From Escherichia coli (GTDB lineage Bacteria; Pseudomonadota; Gammaproteobacteria; Enterobacterales; Enterobacteriaceae), in NCBI RefSeq assembly GCF_030013595.1, contig NZ_CP122768.1: 64,000 nucleotides of DNA. One strand, 5' to 3'. Under the pieces are notes generated by a model. That model worked only from the letters and a program-made list of their open reading frames with translations. It did no database searches and was not told where the DNA came from. The position numbers and the translations under genes were made by a program. Positions 40,966 through 54,718 of this stretch are shown in pieces. Every line of letters begins with the position of its first letter. Within the stretch, counting starts at the first letter, position 1.

Positions 40966-42591
40966 ATGACAGTATTCAACAAATTTGTTAGAAGTTTTAA
41001 ATCTCATTGGTTGTTGTATCTTTGTGTTATTGTTTTTGGTATTACGAACTTAGTCGCCTCTTCCGGAGCGCATATGGTTCAGCGATTGCTGTTCTTCGTT
41101 CTGACCATCCTGGTTGTTAAACGTATATCATCCCTTCCGCTTCGCCTGCTTGTTGCCGCACCATTTGTGTTACTGACAGCGGCAGACATGAGTATTAGCC
41201 TCTATTCATGGTGTACCTTTGGTACAACTTTCAATGATGGATTTGCGATTAGCGTGCTGCAGAGTGATCCGGATGAAGTTGTCAAAATGCTGGGGATGTA
41301 TATCCCTTATCTATGTGCTTTTGCCTTTTTATCCCTTCTTTTTTTGGCAGTAATAATAAAATATGATGTTTCCTTGCCGACGAAAAAAGTGACAGGAATA
41401 TTATTGCTGATTGTCATTTCGGGCAGTTTATTTTCCGCTTGTCAATTTGCTTATAAAGATGCAAAAAATAAAAAAGCGTTCAGTCCATATATACTAGCGT
41501 CGCGATTTGCTACCTATACGCCGTTTTTCAATCTCAATTATTTTGCTTTAGCAGCGAAAGAGCATCAAAGATTACTCTCAATTGCAAACACGGTGCCATA
41601 TTTTCAATTATCAGTCAGGGATACAGGTATTGATACCTACGTGTTGATTGTGGGGGAGTCTGTACGTGTCGACAATATGTCTTTGTATGGATACACACGC
41701 TCTACGACACCGCAAGTCGAAGCACAAAGAAAACAGATCAAACTGTTTAATCAAGCAATAAGCGGTGCACCTTACACTGCGCTGTCGGTTCCCCTTTCTT
41801 TAACTGCTGATTCTGTTTTGAGTCATGACATTCATAATTACCCGGACAACATTATTAATATGGCTAATCAAGCAGGATTTCAGACTTTCTGGCTAAGCTC
41901 GCAATCCGCTTTTCGGCAGAATGGTACAGCAGTTACCAGTATCGCCATGCGCGCCATGGAAACAGTCTATGTCAGAGGATTTGATGAATTGTTGTTGCCG
42001 CATTTATCGCAAGCGTTACAGCAAAAGACGCAGCAAAAGAAACTGATTGTTCTTCATTTAAATGGAAGCCATGAACCGGCTTGTAGCGCCTATCCGCAAT
42101 CCAGCGCCGTGTTTCAACCGCAGGACGATCAGGATGCCTGCTATGACAACTCCATTCATTACACAGATAGTTTGCTAGGTCAGATTTTTGAATTATTAAA
42201 AGATCGCCGCGCCTCGGTCATGTATTTTGCCGACCACGGCCTGGAACGCGACCCTACGAAGAAGAACGTCTATTTTCATGGAGGCAGGGAGGCCAGCCAG
42301 CAGGCATATCATGTCCCGATGTTTATCTGGTATAGCCCCGTTCTTGGGGATGGCGTTGATCGTACAACGGAAAACGATATCTTTTCCACTGCGTACAATA
42401 ATTACCTTATTAATGCGTGGATGGGGGTAACAAAGCCGGAACAGCCGAAAACGCTGGAGGAAGTGATTGCACACTATAAAGGAGACTCACGGGTTGTGGA
42501 TGCAAACCATGATGTTTTCGATTATGTGATGCTCAGAAAGGAGTTTACAGAGGATAAGCAAGGTAACCCCACCCCTGAAGGGCAGGGTTGA
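40966..42591 (+). CDS. yhbX: Putative phosphoethanolamine transferase (EptA/sulfatase-like inner-membrane protein) YhbX
   Basis: Track ORF 552 aa; canonical 541-aa protein starts MTVFNKFVRSFKSHW; N-terminal TM helices plus sulfatase-type domain; gene and upstream 400 bp look markedly AT-rich by eye. Confidence 0.88.
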   Translation: MTVFNKFVRSFKSHWLLYLCVIVFGITNLVASSGAHMVQRLLFFVLTILVVKRISSLPLRLLVAAPFVLLTAADMSISLYSWCTFGTTFNDGFAISVLQSDPDEVVKMLGMYIPYLCAFAFLSLLFLAVIIKYDVSLPTKKVTGILLLIVISGSLFSACQFAYKDAKNKKAFSPYILASRFATYTPFFNLNYFALAAKEHQRLLSIANTVPYFQLSVRDTGIDTYVLIVGESVRVDNMSLYGYTRSTTPQVEAQRKQIKLFNQAISGAPYTALSVPLSLTADSVLSHDIHNYPDNIINMANQAGFQTFWLSSQSAFRQNGTAVTSIAMRAMETVYVRGFDELLLPHLSQALQQKTQQKKLIVLHLNGSHEPACSAYPQSSAVFQPQDDQDACYDNSIHYTDSLLGQIFELLKDRRASVMYFADHGLERDPTKKNVYFHGGREASQQAYHVPMFIWYSPVLGDGVDRTTENDIFSTAYNNYLINAWMGVTKPEQPKTLEEVIAHYKGDSRVVDANHDVFDYVMLRKEFTEDKQGNPTPEGQG

Positions 42592-42598
42592 TGTCGAA

Positions 42599-43957
<1,359 letters not shown>

Positions 43958-43993
43958 TTAATTAACTGATGATGAGCCTGGATTTCCGCTCTC

Positions 43994-44031
43994 ACTGAAT
44001 TTTTATGCAAAATAAATGAGTTTTCATTTAA
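43994..44031. promoter_or_regulatory. Tandem ARG-box-like operators in the argG promoter region
   Basis: ACTGAATTTTTATGCAAA and AAATGAGTTTTCATTTAA resemble the ArgR box (TGAAT-N4-ATTCA), 50-90 bp upstream of the argG ATG. Confidence 0.45.
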
Positions 44032-44167
44032 TCATCTTTTATCGGAGACAGGAAGAGTTTAGTGTGTTTTTTGTAAAATAATGCGCTTAAGGGAGAGCAG
44101 GAGAAGGCAAAAGTATTCAACAAATGAAAGTGAACCGGATATTCATTCACGTGATTAGCAATAAACG

Positions 44168-44198
44168 TTGACAAAATGTGGCATGGATCACTATAATG
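44168..44198 (+). promoter_or_regulatory. Candidate upstream metY promoter (-35 TTGACA, -10 TATAAT; spacer about 19 bp)
   Basis: Consensus hexamers read directly; spacer is longer than optimal. Confidence 0.35.
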
Positions 44199-44245
44199 CC
44201 TGCAGATTTTACGTCCCGTCTCGGTACACCAAATCCCAGCAGTAT

Positions 44246-44274
44246 TTGCATTTTTTACCCAAAACGAGTAGAAT
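44246..44274 (+). promoter_or_regulatory. metY proximal promoter (-35 TTGCAT, 17-bp spacer, -10 TAGAAT)
   Basis: Hexamers with a 17-bp spacer; -10 ends about 15 bp before the tRNA 5' end. Confidence 0.6.
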
Positions 44275-44289
44275 TTGCCACGTTTCAGG

Positions 44290-44366
<77 letters not shown>

Positions 44367-44487
44367 CTTTCCCTTAGAGTCCTTTTTCAAATATACTGTG
44401 AAGACTTCGGCCTTCGTAGTGGGATTTGAAAAAATCCTTCTGGAAAGTGCTCCAGACCGCAGTTGCGGTTATAGGGTTCAGTTATAT

Positions 44488-44513
44488 AAAGCCCCGATTT
44501 ATCGGGGTTTTTT
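44488..44513 (+). terminator. Intrinsic terminator/attenuator between metY and rimP
   Basis: AAAGCCCCGATTTATCGGGGTTTTTT; a second weaker hairpin plus T-run follows at 44535-44557. Confidence 0.7.
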
Positions 44514-44572
44514 GTTATCTGACTACAGAATAACTGGGCTTTAGGCCCTTTTTTTATGTCTTGGGGGTGGGC

Positions 44573-45025
44573 TTGTCCACATTAGAGCAAAAATTAACAG
44601 AGATGATTACTGCGCCAGTTGAGGCCCTGGGTTTTGAACTGGTTGGCATCGAATTTATTCGCGGTCGCACATCCACACTGCGCATCTATATTGATAGTGA
44701 AGATGGCATCAATGTTGATGATTGTGCTGATGTGAGCCACCAGGTAAGTGCTGTGCTGGATGTTGAAGATCCCATCACCGTTGCTTATAACCTGGAAGTC
44801 TCCTCACCGGGTCTCGATCGCCCACTGTTCACGGCTGAACACTACGCCCGTTTCGTCGGAGAAGAGGTGACTCTGGTTCTCCGCATGGCGGTACAAAACC
44901 GTCGTAAATGGCAGGGCGTTATCAAAGCGGTAGACGGTGAAATGATCACAGTTACCGTCGAAGGTAAAGATGAAGTGTTCGCGCTGAGTAATATCCAGAA
45001 GGCGAACCTGGTTCCCCACTTTTAA
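44573..45025 (+). CDS. rimP: Ribosome maturation factor RimP
   Basis: Canonical 150-aa protein ([12 protein letters not shown]…) starts at TTG 44573; the track begins at an upstream TTG (44561). Confidence 0.88.
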
Positions 45026-45052
45026 TAGTCTGGATGAGGTGAAAAGCCCGCG

Positions 45053-46540
<1,488 letters not shown>

Positions 46541-46564
46541 TAAACTGTAGCAGGAAGGAACAGC

Positions 46565-49237
46565 ATGACAGATGTAACGATTAAAACGCTGGCCGCAGAG
46601 CGACAGACCTCCGTGGAACGCCTGGTACAGCAATTTGCTGATGCAGGTATCCGGAAGTCTGCTGACGACTCTGTGTCCGCACAAGAGAAACAGACTTTGA
46701 TTGACCACCTGAATCAGAAAAATTCAGGCCCGGACAAATTGACGCTGCAACGTAAAACACGCAGCACCCTTAACATTCCTGGTACCGGTGGAAAAAGCAA
46801 ATCGGTACAAATCGAAGTCCGCAAGAAACGCACCTTTGTGAAACGCGATCCGCAAGAGGCTGAACGCCTTGCTGCGGAAGAGCAAGCGCAGCGTGAAGCG
46901 GAAGAGCAAGCCCGTCGTGAGGCAGAAGAATCGGCCAAACGTGAGGCGCAACAAAAAGCTGAACGTGAGGCCGCAGAACAAGCTAAGCGTGAAGCTGCTG
47001 AACAAGCGAAACGTGAAGCTGCGGAAAAAGACAAAGTGAGCAATCAACAAGACGATATGACTAAAAACGCCCAGGCTGAAAAAGCCCGCCGTGAGCAGGA
47101 AGCTGCAGAGCTCAAGCGTAAAGCCGAAGAAGAAGCGCGTCGTAAACTCGAAGAAGAAGCACGTCGCGTTGCTGAAGAAGCACGTCGTATGGCGGAAGAA
47201 AACAAATGGACTGATAACGCGGAACCGACTGAAGATTCCAGCGATTATCACGTCACTACTTCTCAACATGCTCGCCAGGCAGAAGACGAAAGCGATCGTG
47301 AAGTCGAAGGCGGCCGTGGCCGTGGTCGTAACGCGAAAGCTGCGCGTCCGAAGAAAGGCAACAAACACGCTGAATCAAAAGCTGATCGTGAAGAAGCACG
47401 CGCAGCAGTACGTGGCGGTAAAGGCGGAAAACGTAAAGGTTCTTCGCTGCAGCAAGGCTTCCAGAAGCCTGTTCAGGCCGTTAACCGTGACGTTGTGATC
47501 GGCGAAACCATCACCGTTGGCGAACTGGCGAACAAGATGGCGGTTAAAGGCTCTCAGGTCATCAAAGCGATGATGAAACTGGGCGCAATGGCAACCATCA
47601 ACCAGGTTATCGATCAGGAAACCGCACAGCTGGTTGCCGAAGAGATGGGCCACAAAGTTATCCTGCGTCGTGAAAACGAGCTGGAAGAAGCGGTAATGAG
47701 CGACCGTGACACGGGTGCAGCGGCTGAACCGCGCGCGCCGGTTGTGACCATCATGGGTCACGTTGACCACGGTAAAACCTCTCTGCTGGACTACATTCGT
47801 TCAACGAAAGTGGCCTCTGGCGAAGCGGGCGGCATTACCCAGCACATTGGTGCATACCACGTTGAAACTGAAAACGGCATGATCACCTTCCTGGACACCC
47901 CGGGGCACGCCGCGTTTACTTCAATGCGTGCTCGTGGTGCGCAGGCAACGGACATCGTAGTCCTGGTTGTTGCTGCCGACGACGGCGTCATGCCGCAGAC
48001 CATCGAAGCAATCCAGCACGCGAAAGCGGCGCAGGTTCCGGTGGTCGTTGCAGTGAACAAGATCGATAAACCAGAAGCCGATCCGGATCGCGTTAAGAAC
48101 GAACTCTCCCAGTACGGCATCCTGCCGGAAGAGTGGGGCGGTGAAAGCCAGTTCGTACATGTGTCTGCGAAAGCGGGTACTGGTATCGATGAGCTGCTGG
48201 ACGCTATCCTGCTGCAGGCGGAAGTTCTGGAACTGAAAGCGGTACGTAAAGGCATGGCGAGCGGTGCGGTTATCGAATCCTTCCTCGATAAAGGTCGTGG
48301 TCCGGTTGCTACCGTTCTGGTACGTGAAGGTACTCTGCACAAGGGCGATATCGTTTTGTGTGGCTTCGAATACGGTCGTGTTCGTGCGATGCGTAACGAA
48401 CTGGGTCAGGAAGTGCTGGAAGCGGGTCCGTCCATTCCGGTGGAAATCCTCGGCCTGTCCGGCGTTCCGGCTGCGGGTGATGAAGTTACCGTTGTACGTG
48501 ACGAGAAGAAAGCGCGTGAAGTTGCACTCTATCGTCAGGGTAAATTCCGCGAAGTTAAACTGGCGCGTCAGCAGAAATCTAAACTCGAGAACATGTTCGC
48601 CAACATGACCGAAGGCGAAGTTCACGAAGTGAATATCGTCCTGAAGGCAGACGTACAGGGTTCTGTGGAAGCTATCTCCGACTCCTTGCTGAAACTGTCT
48701 ACTGACGAAGTTAAAGTGAAGATCATCGGTTCTGGCGTAGGTGGCATCACCGAAACCGACGCTACCCTGGCTGCGGCGTCCAACGCCATCCTGGTTGGCT
48801 TCAACGTACGTGCTGATGCCTCTGCACGTAAAGTGATTGAAGCGGAAAGCCTGGATCTGCGTTACTACTCCGTCATCTATAACCTGATCGACGAAGTGAA
48901 AGCGGCAATGAGCGGTATGCTGTCTCCGGAACTGAAACAGCAGATTATCGGTCTGGCGGAAGTTCGTGACGTGTTCAAATCGCCGAAATTTGGTGCCATC
49001 GCAGGCTGTATGGTTACCGAAGGTGTGGTTAAACGTCACAACCCGATCCGCGTTCTGCGCGACAACGTGGTTATCTACGAAGGCGAGCTGGAGTCCCTGC
49101 GCCGCTTCAAAGATGACGTTAACGAAGTCCGTAACGGTATGGAATGTGGTATCGGCGTTAAGAACTACAACGACGTCCGCACTGGCGATGTGATCGAAGT
49201 ATTCGAAATCATCGAAATCCAACGTACCATCGCTTAA
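46565..49237 (+). CDS. infB: Translation initiation factor IF-2
   Basis: 890-aa ORF; G-domain GHVDHGKTS; repetitive Glu/Ala/Lys-rich N-terminal region. Confidence 0.97.
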   Translation: MTDVTIKTLAAERQTSVERLVQQFADAGIRKSADDSVSAQEKQTLIDHLNQKNSGPDKLTLQRKTRSTLNIPGTGGKSKSVQIEVRKKRTFVKRDPQEAERLAAEEQAQREAEEQARREAEESAKREAQQKAEREAAEQAKREAAEQAKREAAEKDKVSNQQDDMTKNAQAEKARREQEAAELKRKAEEEARRKLEEEARRVAEEARRMAEENKWTDNAEPTEDSSDYHVTTSQHARQAEDESDREVEGGRGRGRNAKAARPKKGNKHAESKADREEARAAVRGGKGGKRKGSSLQQGFQKPVQAVNRDVVIGETITVGELANKMAVKGSQVIKAMMKLGAMATINQVIDQETAQLVAEEMGHKVILRRENELEEAVMSDRDTGAAAEPRAPVVTIMGHVDHGKTSLLDYIRSTKVASGEAGGITQHIGAYHVETENGMITFLDTPGHAAFTSMRARGAQATDIVVLVVAADDGVMPQTIEAIQHAKAAQVPVVVAVNKIDKPEADPDRVKNELSQYGILPEEWGGESQFVHVSAKAGTGIDELLDAILLQAEVLELKAVRKGMASGAVIESFLDKGRGPVATVLVREGTLHKGDIVLCGFEYGRVRAMRNELGQEVLEAGPSIPVEILGLSGVPAAGDEVTVVRDEKKAREVALYRQGKFREVKLARQQKSKLENMFANMTEGEVHEVNIVLKADVQGSVEAISDSLLKLSTDEVKVKIIGSGVGGITETDATLAAASNAILVGFNVRADASARKVIEAESLDLRYYSVIYNLIDEVKAAMSGMLSPELKQQIIGLAEVRDVFKSPKFGAIAGCMVTEGVVKRHNPIRVLRDNVVIYEGELESLRRFKDDVNEVRNGMECGIGVKNYNDVRTGDVIEVFEIIEIQRTIA

Positions 49238-49252
49238 GGTTTTTAGGGTTCC

Positions 49253-49326
49253 ATGCGGGATAAGGCGTTTACGCCGCATCCGGCATGGATTGCCTGATGC
49301 GACGCTGGCGCGTCTTATCAGGCCAA
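49253..49326. repeat. Pair of REP elements (BIME) between infB and rbfA
   Basis: GCGGGATAAGGCGTTTACGCCGCATCCGGCA and GCCTGATGCGACGCTGGCGCGTCTTATCAGGCC fit the enterobacterial REP palindromic unit. Confidence 0.8.
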
Positions 49327-49358
49327 CGTGAACAGCCCTTCCACCTGAAATTAATTTT

Positions 49359-49386
49359 AAAAAGGGGCTAACAGCCCCTTTTTTGT
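49359..49386 (+). terminator. A-tract/GC-hairpin/T-tract element just upstream of rbfA (candidate partial terminator)
   Basis: AAAAAGGGGCTAACAGCCCCTTTTTT with symmetric A and T runs, ending about 15 bp before the rbfA ATG. Confidence 0.5.
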
Positions 49387-49400
49387 CAGGAGAATTTATT

Positions 49401-49802
49401 ATGGCGAAAGAATTTGGTCGCCCGCAGCGTGTAGCGCAGGAAATGCAAAAAGAGATCGCTCTCATCCTGCAGCGTGAAATTAAAGATCCTCGTCTGGGCA
49501 TGATGACCACCGTTTCCGGTGTCGAAATGTCTCGCGACCTGGCGTATGCCAAAGTATATGTAACGTTCCTCAACGACAAAGATGAAGATGCGGTTAAAGC
49601 GGGCATCAAAGCGTTGCAGGAAGCTTCTGGTTTCATCCGCAGCCTGCTGGGTAAAGCGATGCGCTTGCGTATCGTGCCGGAACTGACCTTCTTCTACGAC
49701 AACTCGCTGGTTGAAGGGATGCGTATGTCAAACCTGGTGACCAGCGTGGTCAAACATGACGAAGAACGTCGTGTTAACCCGGACGACAGCAAGGAGGACT
49801 AA
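49401..49802 (+). CDS. rbfA: Ribosome-binding factor A
   Basis: Track ORF 139 aa; canonical 133-aa protein starts [20 protein letters not shown]. Confidence 0.93.
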
Positions 49803-50746
49803 TGAGTCGTCCTCGTCGTCGCGGTCGCGACATTAACGGCGTTTTGTTGCTGGATAAACCGCAGGGTATGTCCAGCAACGATGCGCTGCAAAAAGTGAAA
49901 CGGATTTATAACGCCAACCGTGCCGGGCATACCGGTGCGCTGGACCCGCTGGCAACTGGCATGTTGCCAATTTGCCTCGGGGAAGCGACGAAGTTTTCCC
50001 AGTATCTGCTGGACTCCGACAAACGCTATCGGGTGATTGCGCGTCTTGGACAGCGTACCGATACGTCTGACGCCGATGGACAAATCGTTGAAGAACGTCC
50101 GGTAACCTTTAGCGCAGAGCAACTGGCGGCGGCGCTGGATACTTTCCGTGGCGATATCGAACAGATCCCTTCGATGTATTCAGCACTGAAATACCAGGGC
50201 AAAAAACTGTACGAATATGCGCGTCAGGGCATTGAAGTACCGCGTGAAGCGCGCCCGATTACCGTTTATGAATTGCTGTTTATTCGCCACGAAGGCAATG
50301 AGCTGGAGCTGGAAATTCACTGCTCAAAAGGCACTTATATCCGCACCATCATTGATGACCTGGGTGAAAAACTCGGTTGTGGCGCGCATGTTATTTACCT
50401 GCGTCGTCTGGCGGTAAGTAAATATCCGGTTGAACGGATGGTGACCCTGGAACATCTGCGTGAACTGGTTGAACAAGCCGAACAGCAGGATATTCCAGCC
50501 GCGGAGTTACTTGATCCATTACTGATGCCAATGGACAGTCCAGCTTCGGACTACCCGGTGGTGAATCTTCCGTTAACGTCTTCTGTTTACTTCAAAAATG
50601 GTAACCCGGTTCGTACATCCGGTGCGCCGCTGGAAGGACTGGTTCGCGTTACAGAAGGTGAGAACGGCAAGTTTATCGGTATGGGCGAAATTGACGATGA
50701 AGGCCGCGTCGCGCCTCGTCGCCTGGTGGTTGAATACCCGGCGTAA
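49802..50746 (+). CDS. truB: tRNA pseudouridine-55 synthase
   Basis: 314-aa ORF; catalytic Asp motif [12 protein letters not shown]. Confidence 0.97.
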
Positions 50747-50798
50747 TGTTAACCGTCTTGCGATAACAGGTCGCTACGAGTAGAATACTGCCGCTTAA

Positions 50799-51164
<366 letters not shown>

Positions 51165-51180
51165 TTCTTGCGAGTTTCAG

Positions 51181-51209
51181 AAAAGGGGGCCTGAGTGGCC
51201 CCTTTTTTC
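51181..51209 (+). terminator. rpsO intrinsic terminator
   Basis: GGGGGCC-TGAGT-GGCCCC hairpin followed by TTTTTT. Confidence 0.8.
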
Positions 51210-51410
51210 AAGCTGACGGCAGCAATTCACTGGAAACTAATGTATTGTTGCTATGAATGATCTTCCGTTGCAGAGGTTCGCGCGGCTAATGAGAGGCTTT
51301 ACCCACATTGGGCTGGGTTAGGGTTGTCATTAGTCGCGAGGATGCGCAGAAGATCGGGTATTAACACCAGTGCCGTAAGGTACTGTCTAAGAAAGAGAAA
51401 GGATATTACA

Positions 51411-53546
51411 TTGCTTAATCCGATCGTTCGTAAATTCCAGTACGGCCAACACACCGTGACTCTGGAAACCGGCATGATGGCTCGTCAGGCTACTGCCGCT
51501 GTTATGGTTAGCATGGATGACACCGCGGTATTCGTTACCGTTGTTGGCCAGAAAAAAGCCAAACCAGGTCAGGACTTCTTCCCACTGACCGTTAACTATC
51601 AGGAGCGTACCTACGCTGCTGGTCGTATCCCGGGTAGCTTCTTCCGTCGTGAAGGCCGCCCAAGCGAAGGCGAAACCCTGATCGCGCGTCTGATTGACCG
51701 CCCGATTCGCCCGCTGTTCCCGGAAGGCTTCGTCAACGAAGTTCAGGTTATCGCCACCGTGGTTTCTGTTAACCCGCAGGTTAACCCGGATATCGTCGCG
51801 ATGATTGGTGCTTCCGCAGCACTGTCTCTGTCTGGTATTCCGTTCAATGGTCCGATTGGTGCTGCCCGCGTAGGTTACATCAATGACCAGTATGTACTGA
51901 ACCCGACTCAGGACGAGCTGAAAGAGAGCAAACTGGATCTGGTTGTTGCGGGTACTGAAGCCGCTGTACTGATGGTTGAATCTGAAGCTGAACTGCTGAG
52001 CGAAGACCAGATGCTGGGCGCAGTAGTGTTCGGTCATGAACAACAGCAGGTTGTTATTCAGAACATCAATGAACTGGTGAAAGAAGCCGGTAAACCGCGT
52101 TGGGACTGGCAGCCGGAGCCGGTAAACGAAGCGCTGAACGCGCGCGTTGCTGCACTGGCTGAAGCTCGTCTGAGCGATGCTTACCGCATCACCGACAAAC
52201 AAGACCGTTATGCGCAGGTTGATGTCATCAAATCTGAAACCATCGCGACGCTGCTTGCTGAAGATGAAACCCTGGACGAAAACGAACTGGGTGAAATTCT
52301 GCACGCTATCGAGAAAAACGTTGTTCGTAGCCGCGTACTGGCAGGCGAACCGCGTATCGACGGTCGTGAAAAAGATATGATTCGTGGTCTGGATGTGCGT
52401 ACTGGCGTGCTGCCGCGTACTCACGGTTCTGCGCTGTTCACCCGTGGTGAAACGCAGGCACTGGTTACTGCAACGCTGGGTACCGCTCGTGACGCACAGG
52501 TTCTTGATGAACTGATGGGCGAACGTACCGACACCTTCCTGTTCCACTACAACTTCCCTCCGTACTCCGTAGGCGAAACCGGCATGGTCGGTTCTCCGAA
52601 ACGTCGTGAAATTGGCCACGGTCGTCTGGCGAAGCGCGGCGTGCTGGCAGTCATGCCGGATATGGACAAATTCCCGTACACCGTACGTGTGGTGTCTGAA
52701 ATCACCGAATCCAACGGTTCCTCTTCTATGGCTTCCGTGTGCGGCGCGTCTCTGGCGCTGATGGACGCAGGTGTGCCAATCAAAGCTGCCGTTGCGGGTA
52801 TCGCAATGGGTCTGGTGAAAGAAGGCGACAACTACGTTGTACTGTCTGACATTTTGGGCGACGAAGATCACCTGGGCGATATGGACTTCAAAGTTGCAGG
52901 TTCCCGCGACGGTATCTCTGCACTGCAGATGGATATCAAAATTGAAGGTATCACCAAAGAGATCATGCAGGTTGCGCTGAACCAGGCTAAAGGTGCGCGT
53001 CTGCATATCCTGGGCGTAATGGAACAGGCGATCAACGCGCCGCGTGGCGATATCTCTGAGTTCGCACCGCGTATCCATACCATCAAGATCAACCCGGACA
53101 AGATCAAAGACGTTATCGGTAAAGGCGGTTCTGTTATCCGTGCTCTGACCGAAGAAACTGGCACCACCATCGAAATCGAAGATGACGGTACTGTGAAAAT
53201 CGCAGCGACCGACGGCGAGAAAGCGAAACATGCTATTCGTCGTATCGAAGAGATCACTGCAGAAATCGAAGTGGGCCGCGTCTACAATGGTAAAGTGACC
53301 CGTATCGTTGACTTTGGCGCATTTGTTGCCATCGGCGGCGGTAAAGAAGGTCTGGTACACATCTCTCAGATCGCTGACAAACGCGTTGAGAAAGTGACCG
53401 ATTACCTGCAGATGGGTCAGGAAGTACCGGTGAAAGTTCTGGAAGTTGATCGCCAGGGCCGTATCCGTCTGAGCATTAAAGAAGCGACTGAGCAGTCTCA
53501 ACCTGCTGCAGCACCGGAAGCTCCGGCTGCTGAACAGGGCGAGTAA
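51411..53546 (+). CDS. pnp: Polynucleotide phosphorylase
   Basis: Canonical 711-aa protein starts at TTG 51411 ([16 protein letters not shown]); the track extends 29 codons upstream to an ATG; two RNase PH domains, KH and S1. Confidence 0.95.
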   Translation: MLNPIVRKFQYGQHTVTLETGMMARQATAAVMVSMDDTAVFVTVVGQKKAKPGQDFFPLTVNYQERTYAAGRIPGSFFRREGRPSEGETLIARLIDRPIRPLFPEGFVNEVQVIATVVSVNPQVNPDIVAMIGASAALSLSGIPFNGPIGAARVGYINDQYVLNPTQDELKESKLDLVVAGTEAAVLMVESEAELLSEDQMLGAVVFGHEQQQVVIQNINELVKEAGKPRWDWQPEPVNEALNARVAALAEARLSDAYRITDKQDRYAQVDVIKSETIATLLAEDETLDENELGEILHAIEKNVVRSRVLAGEPRIDGREKDMIRGLDVRTGVLPRTHGSALFTRGETQALVTATLGTARDAQVLDELMGERTDTFLFHYNFPPYSVGETGMVGSPKRREIGHGRLAKRGVLAVMPDMDKFPYTVRVVSEITESNGSSSMASVCGASLALMDAGVPIKAAVAGIAMGLVKEGDNYVVLSDILGDEDHLGDMDFKVAGSRDGISALQMDIKIEGITKEIMQVALNQAKGARLHILGVMEQAINAPRGDISEFAPRIHTIKINPDKIKDVIGKGGSVIRALTEETGTTIEIEDDGTVKIAATDGEKAKHAIRRIEEITAEIEVGRVYNGKVTRIVDFGAFVAIGGGKEGLVHISQIADKRVEKVTDYLQMGQEVPVKVLEVDRQGRIRLSIKEATEQSQPAAAPEAPAAEQGE

Positions 53547-53556
53547 GGTTGCCATT

Positions 53557-53584
53557 TGCCCTCCGCTGCGGCGGGGGGCTTTTA
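53557..53584 (+). terminator. Candidate intrinsic terminator after pnp
   Basis: GCCCTCCGC…GCGGGGGGC stem followed by TTTT. Confidence 0.55.
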
Positions 53585-53654
53585 ACCGGGCAGGACGCCT
53601 TGTTAGCAACCGGGAACAGGACGTTCATTCAACCGTGGTCTTCGGGAGTGGGAA

Positions 53655-54539
53655 ATGAAGCCTTTTTTGCGCTGGTGTTTCGTTGCGACAGCACTTACGC
53701 TTGCAGGATGCAGTAATACTTCCTTGCGTAAAAGTGAAGTCCTCGCGGTACCATTGCAACCGACTTTACAGCAGGAAGTGATTCTGGCACGTATGGAACA
53801 AATCCTTGCCAGTCGGGCTTTAACCGATGACGAACGCGCACAGCTTTTATATGAGCGCGGAGTGTTGTATGATAGTCTCGGTCTGAGGGCATTAGCGCGT
53901 AACGATTTTTCGCAAGCGCTGGCAATCCGACCGGATATGCCTGAAGTATTCAATTACTTAGGCATATATTTAACGCAGGCAGGCAATTTTGATGCTGCCT
54001 ATGAAGCGTTTGATTCTGTACTTGAGCTTGATCCAACTTACAACTACGCGCACTTGAATCGCGGGATCGCATTATATTACGGCGGTCGTGACAAGTTAGC
54101 GCAAGATGATCTGCTGGCGTTTTATCAAGACGATCCCAATGATCCTTTCCGTAGTCTGTGGCTTTATCTCGCCGAGCAGAAGCTCGATGAGAAGCAGGCT
54201 AAAGAAGTGTTGAAACAGCACTTCGAAAAATCGGATAAGGAACAGTGGGGATGGAACATTGTCGAGTTCTACCTGGGCAACATTAGCGAACAAACGTTAA
54301 TGGAAAGGCTCAAGGCGGACGCAACGGATAACACCTCGCTCGCTGAGCATCTCAGTGAAACCAACTTCTATTTAGGTAAGTACTACCTAAGTCTGGGGGA
54401 TTTGGACAGCGCCACGGCACTGTTCAAACTGGCGGTTGCCAACAACGTTCATAACTTTGTTGAGCACCGATACGCATTGTTGGAATTATCGCTCCTGGGC
54501 CAGGACCAAGATGACCTGGCAGAATCGGACCAGCAATAG
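53655..54539 (+). CDS. nlpI: TPR-repeat outer-membrane lipoprotein NlpI
   Basis: 294-aa ORF; lipobox LAGC; TPR repeats. Confidence 0.97.
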   Translation: MKPFLRWCFVATALTLAGCSNTSLRKSEVLAVPLQPTLQQEVILARMEQILASRALTDDERAQLLYERGVLYDSLGLRALARNDFSQALAIRPDMPEVFNYLGIYLTQAGNFDAAYEAFDSVLELDPTYNYAHLNRGIALYYGGRDKLAQDDLLAFYQDDPNDPFRSLWLYLAEQKLDEKQAKEVLKQHFEKSDKEQWGWNIVEFYLGNISEQTLMERLKADATDNTSLAEHLSETNFYLGKYYLSLGDLDSATALFKLAVANNVHNFVEHRYALLELSLLGQDQDDLAESDQQ

Positions 54540-54718
54540 CTGACGTACACATCAGCCCGTAATCTTTTTTGATTGCCATCACCTTAACGGGTGAGGGCGT
54601 TGTTGTTCGTTAATACACCTACTTTGAGCCGGTTCACACTTTTCAATGAAAATTGCTGATCAATTTCATGATGAGTTATGTAGACTGGCCGCCATTAATT
54701 TTGAGGCACACGTACTAC

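Noticed and set aside
51387-53609. 740-aa ORF on the minus strand, exactly antisense to pnp
   Set aside because: Mirror-frame artefact: it overlaps a strongly supported pnp gene end to end, has no recognisable domains, and long antisense ORFs are typical opposite GC-rich, codon-biased genes.
54653-54718. Upstream in-frame extension of deaD ([12 protein letters not shown]…)
   Set aside because: The conserved DeaD N-terminus begins at MAEFETTF; the extension lies in the long cold-shock leader and is more likely untranslated.
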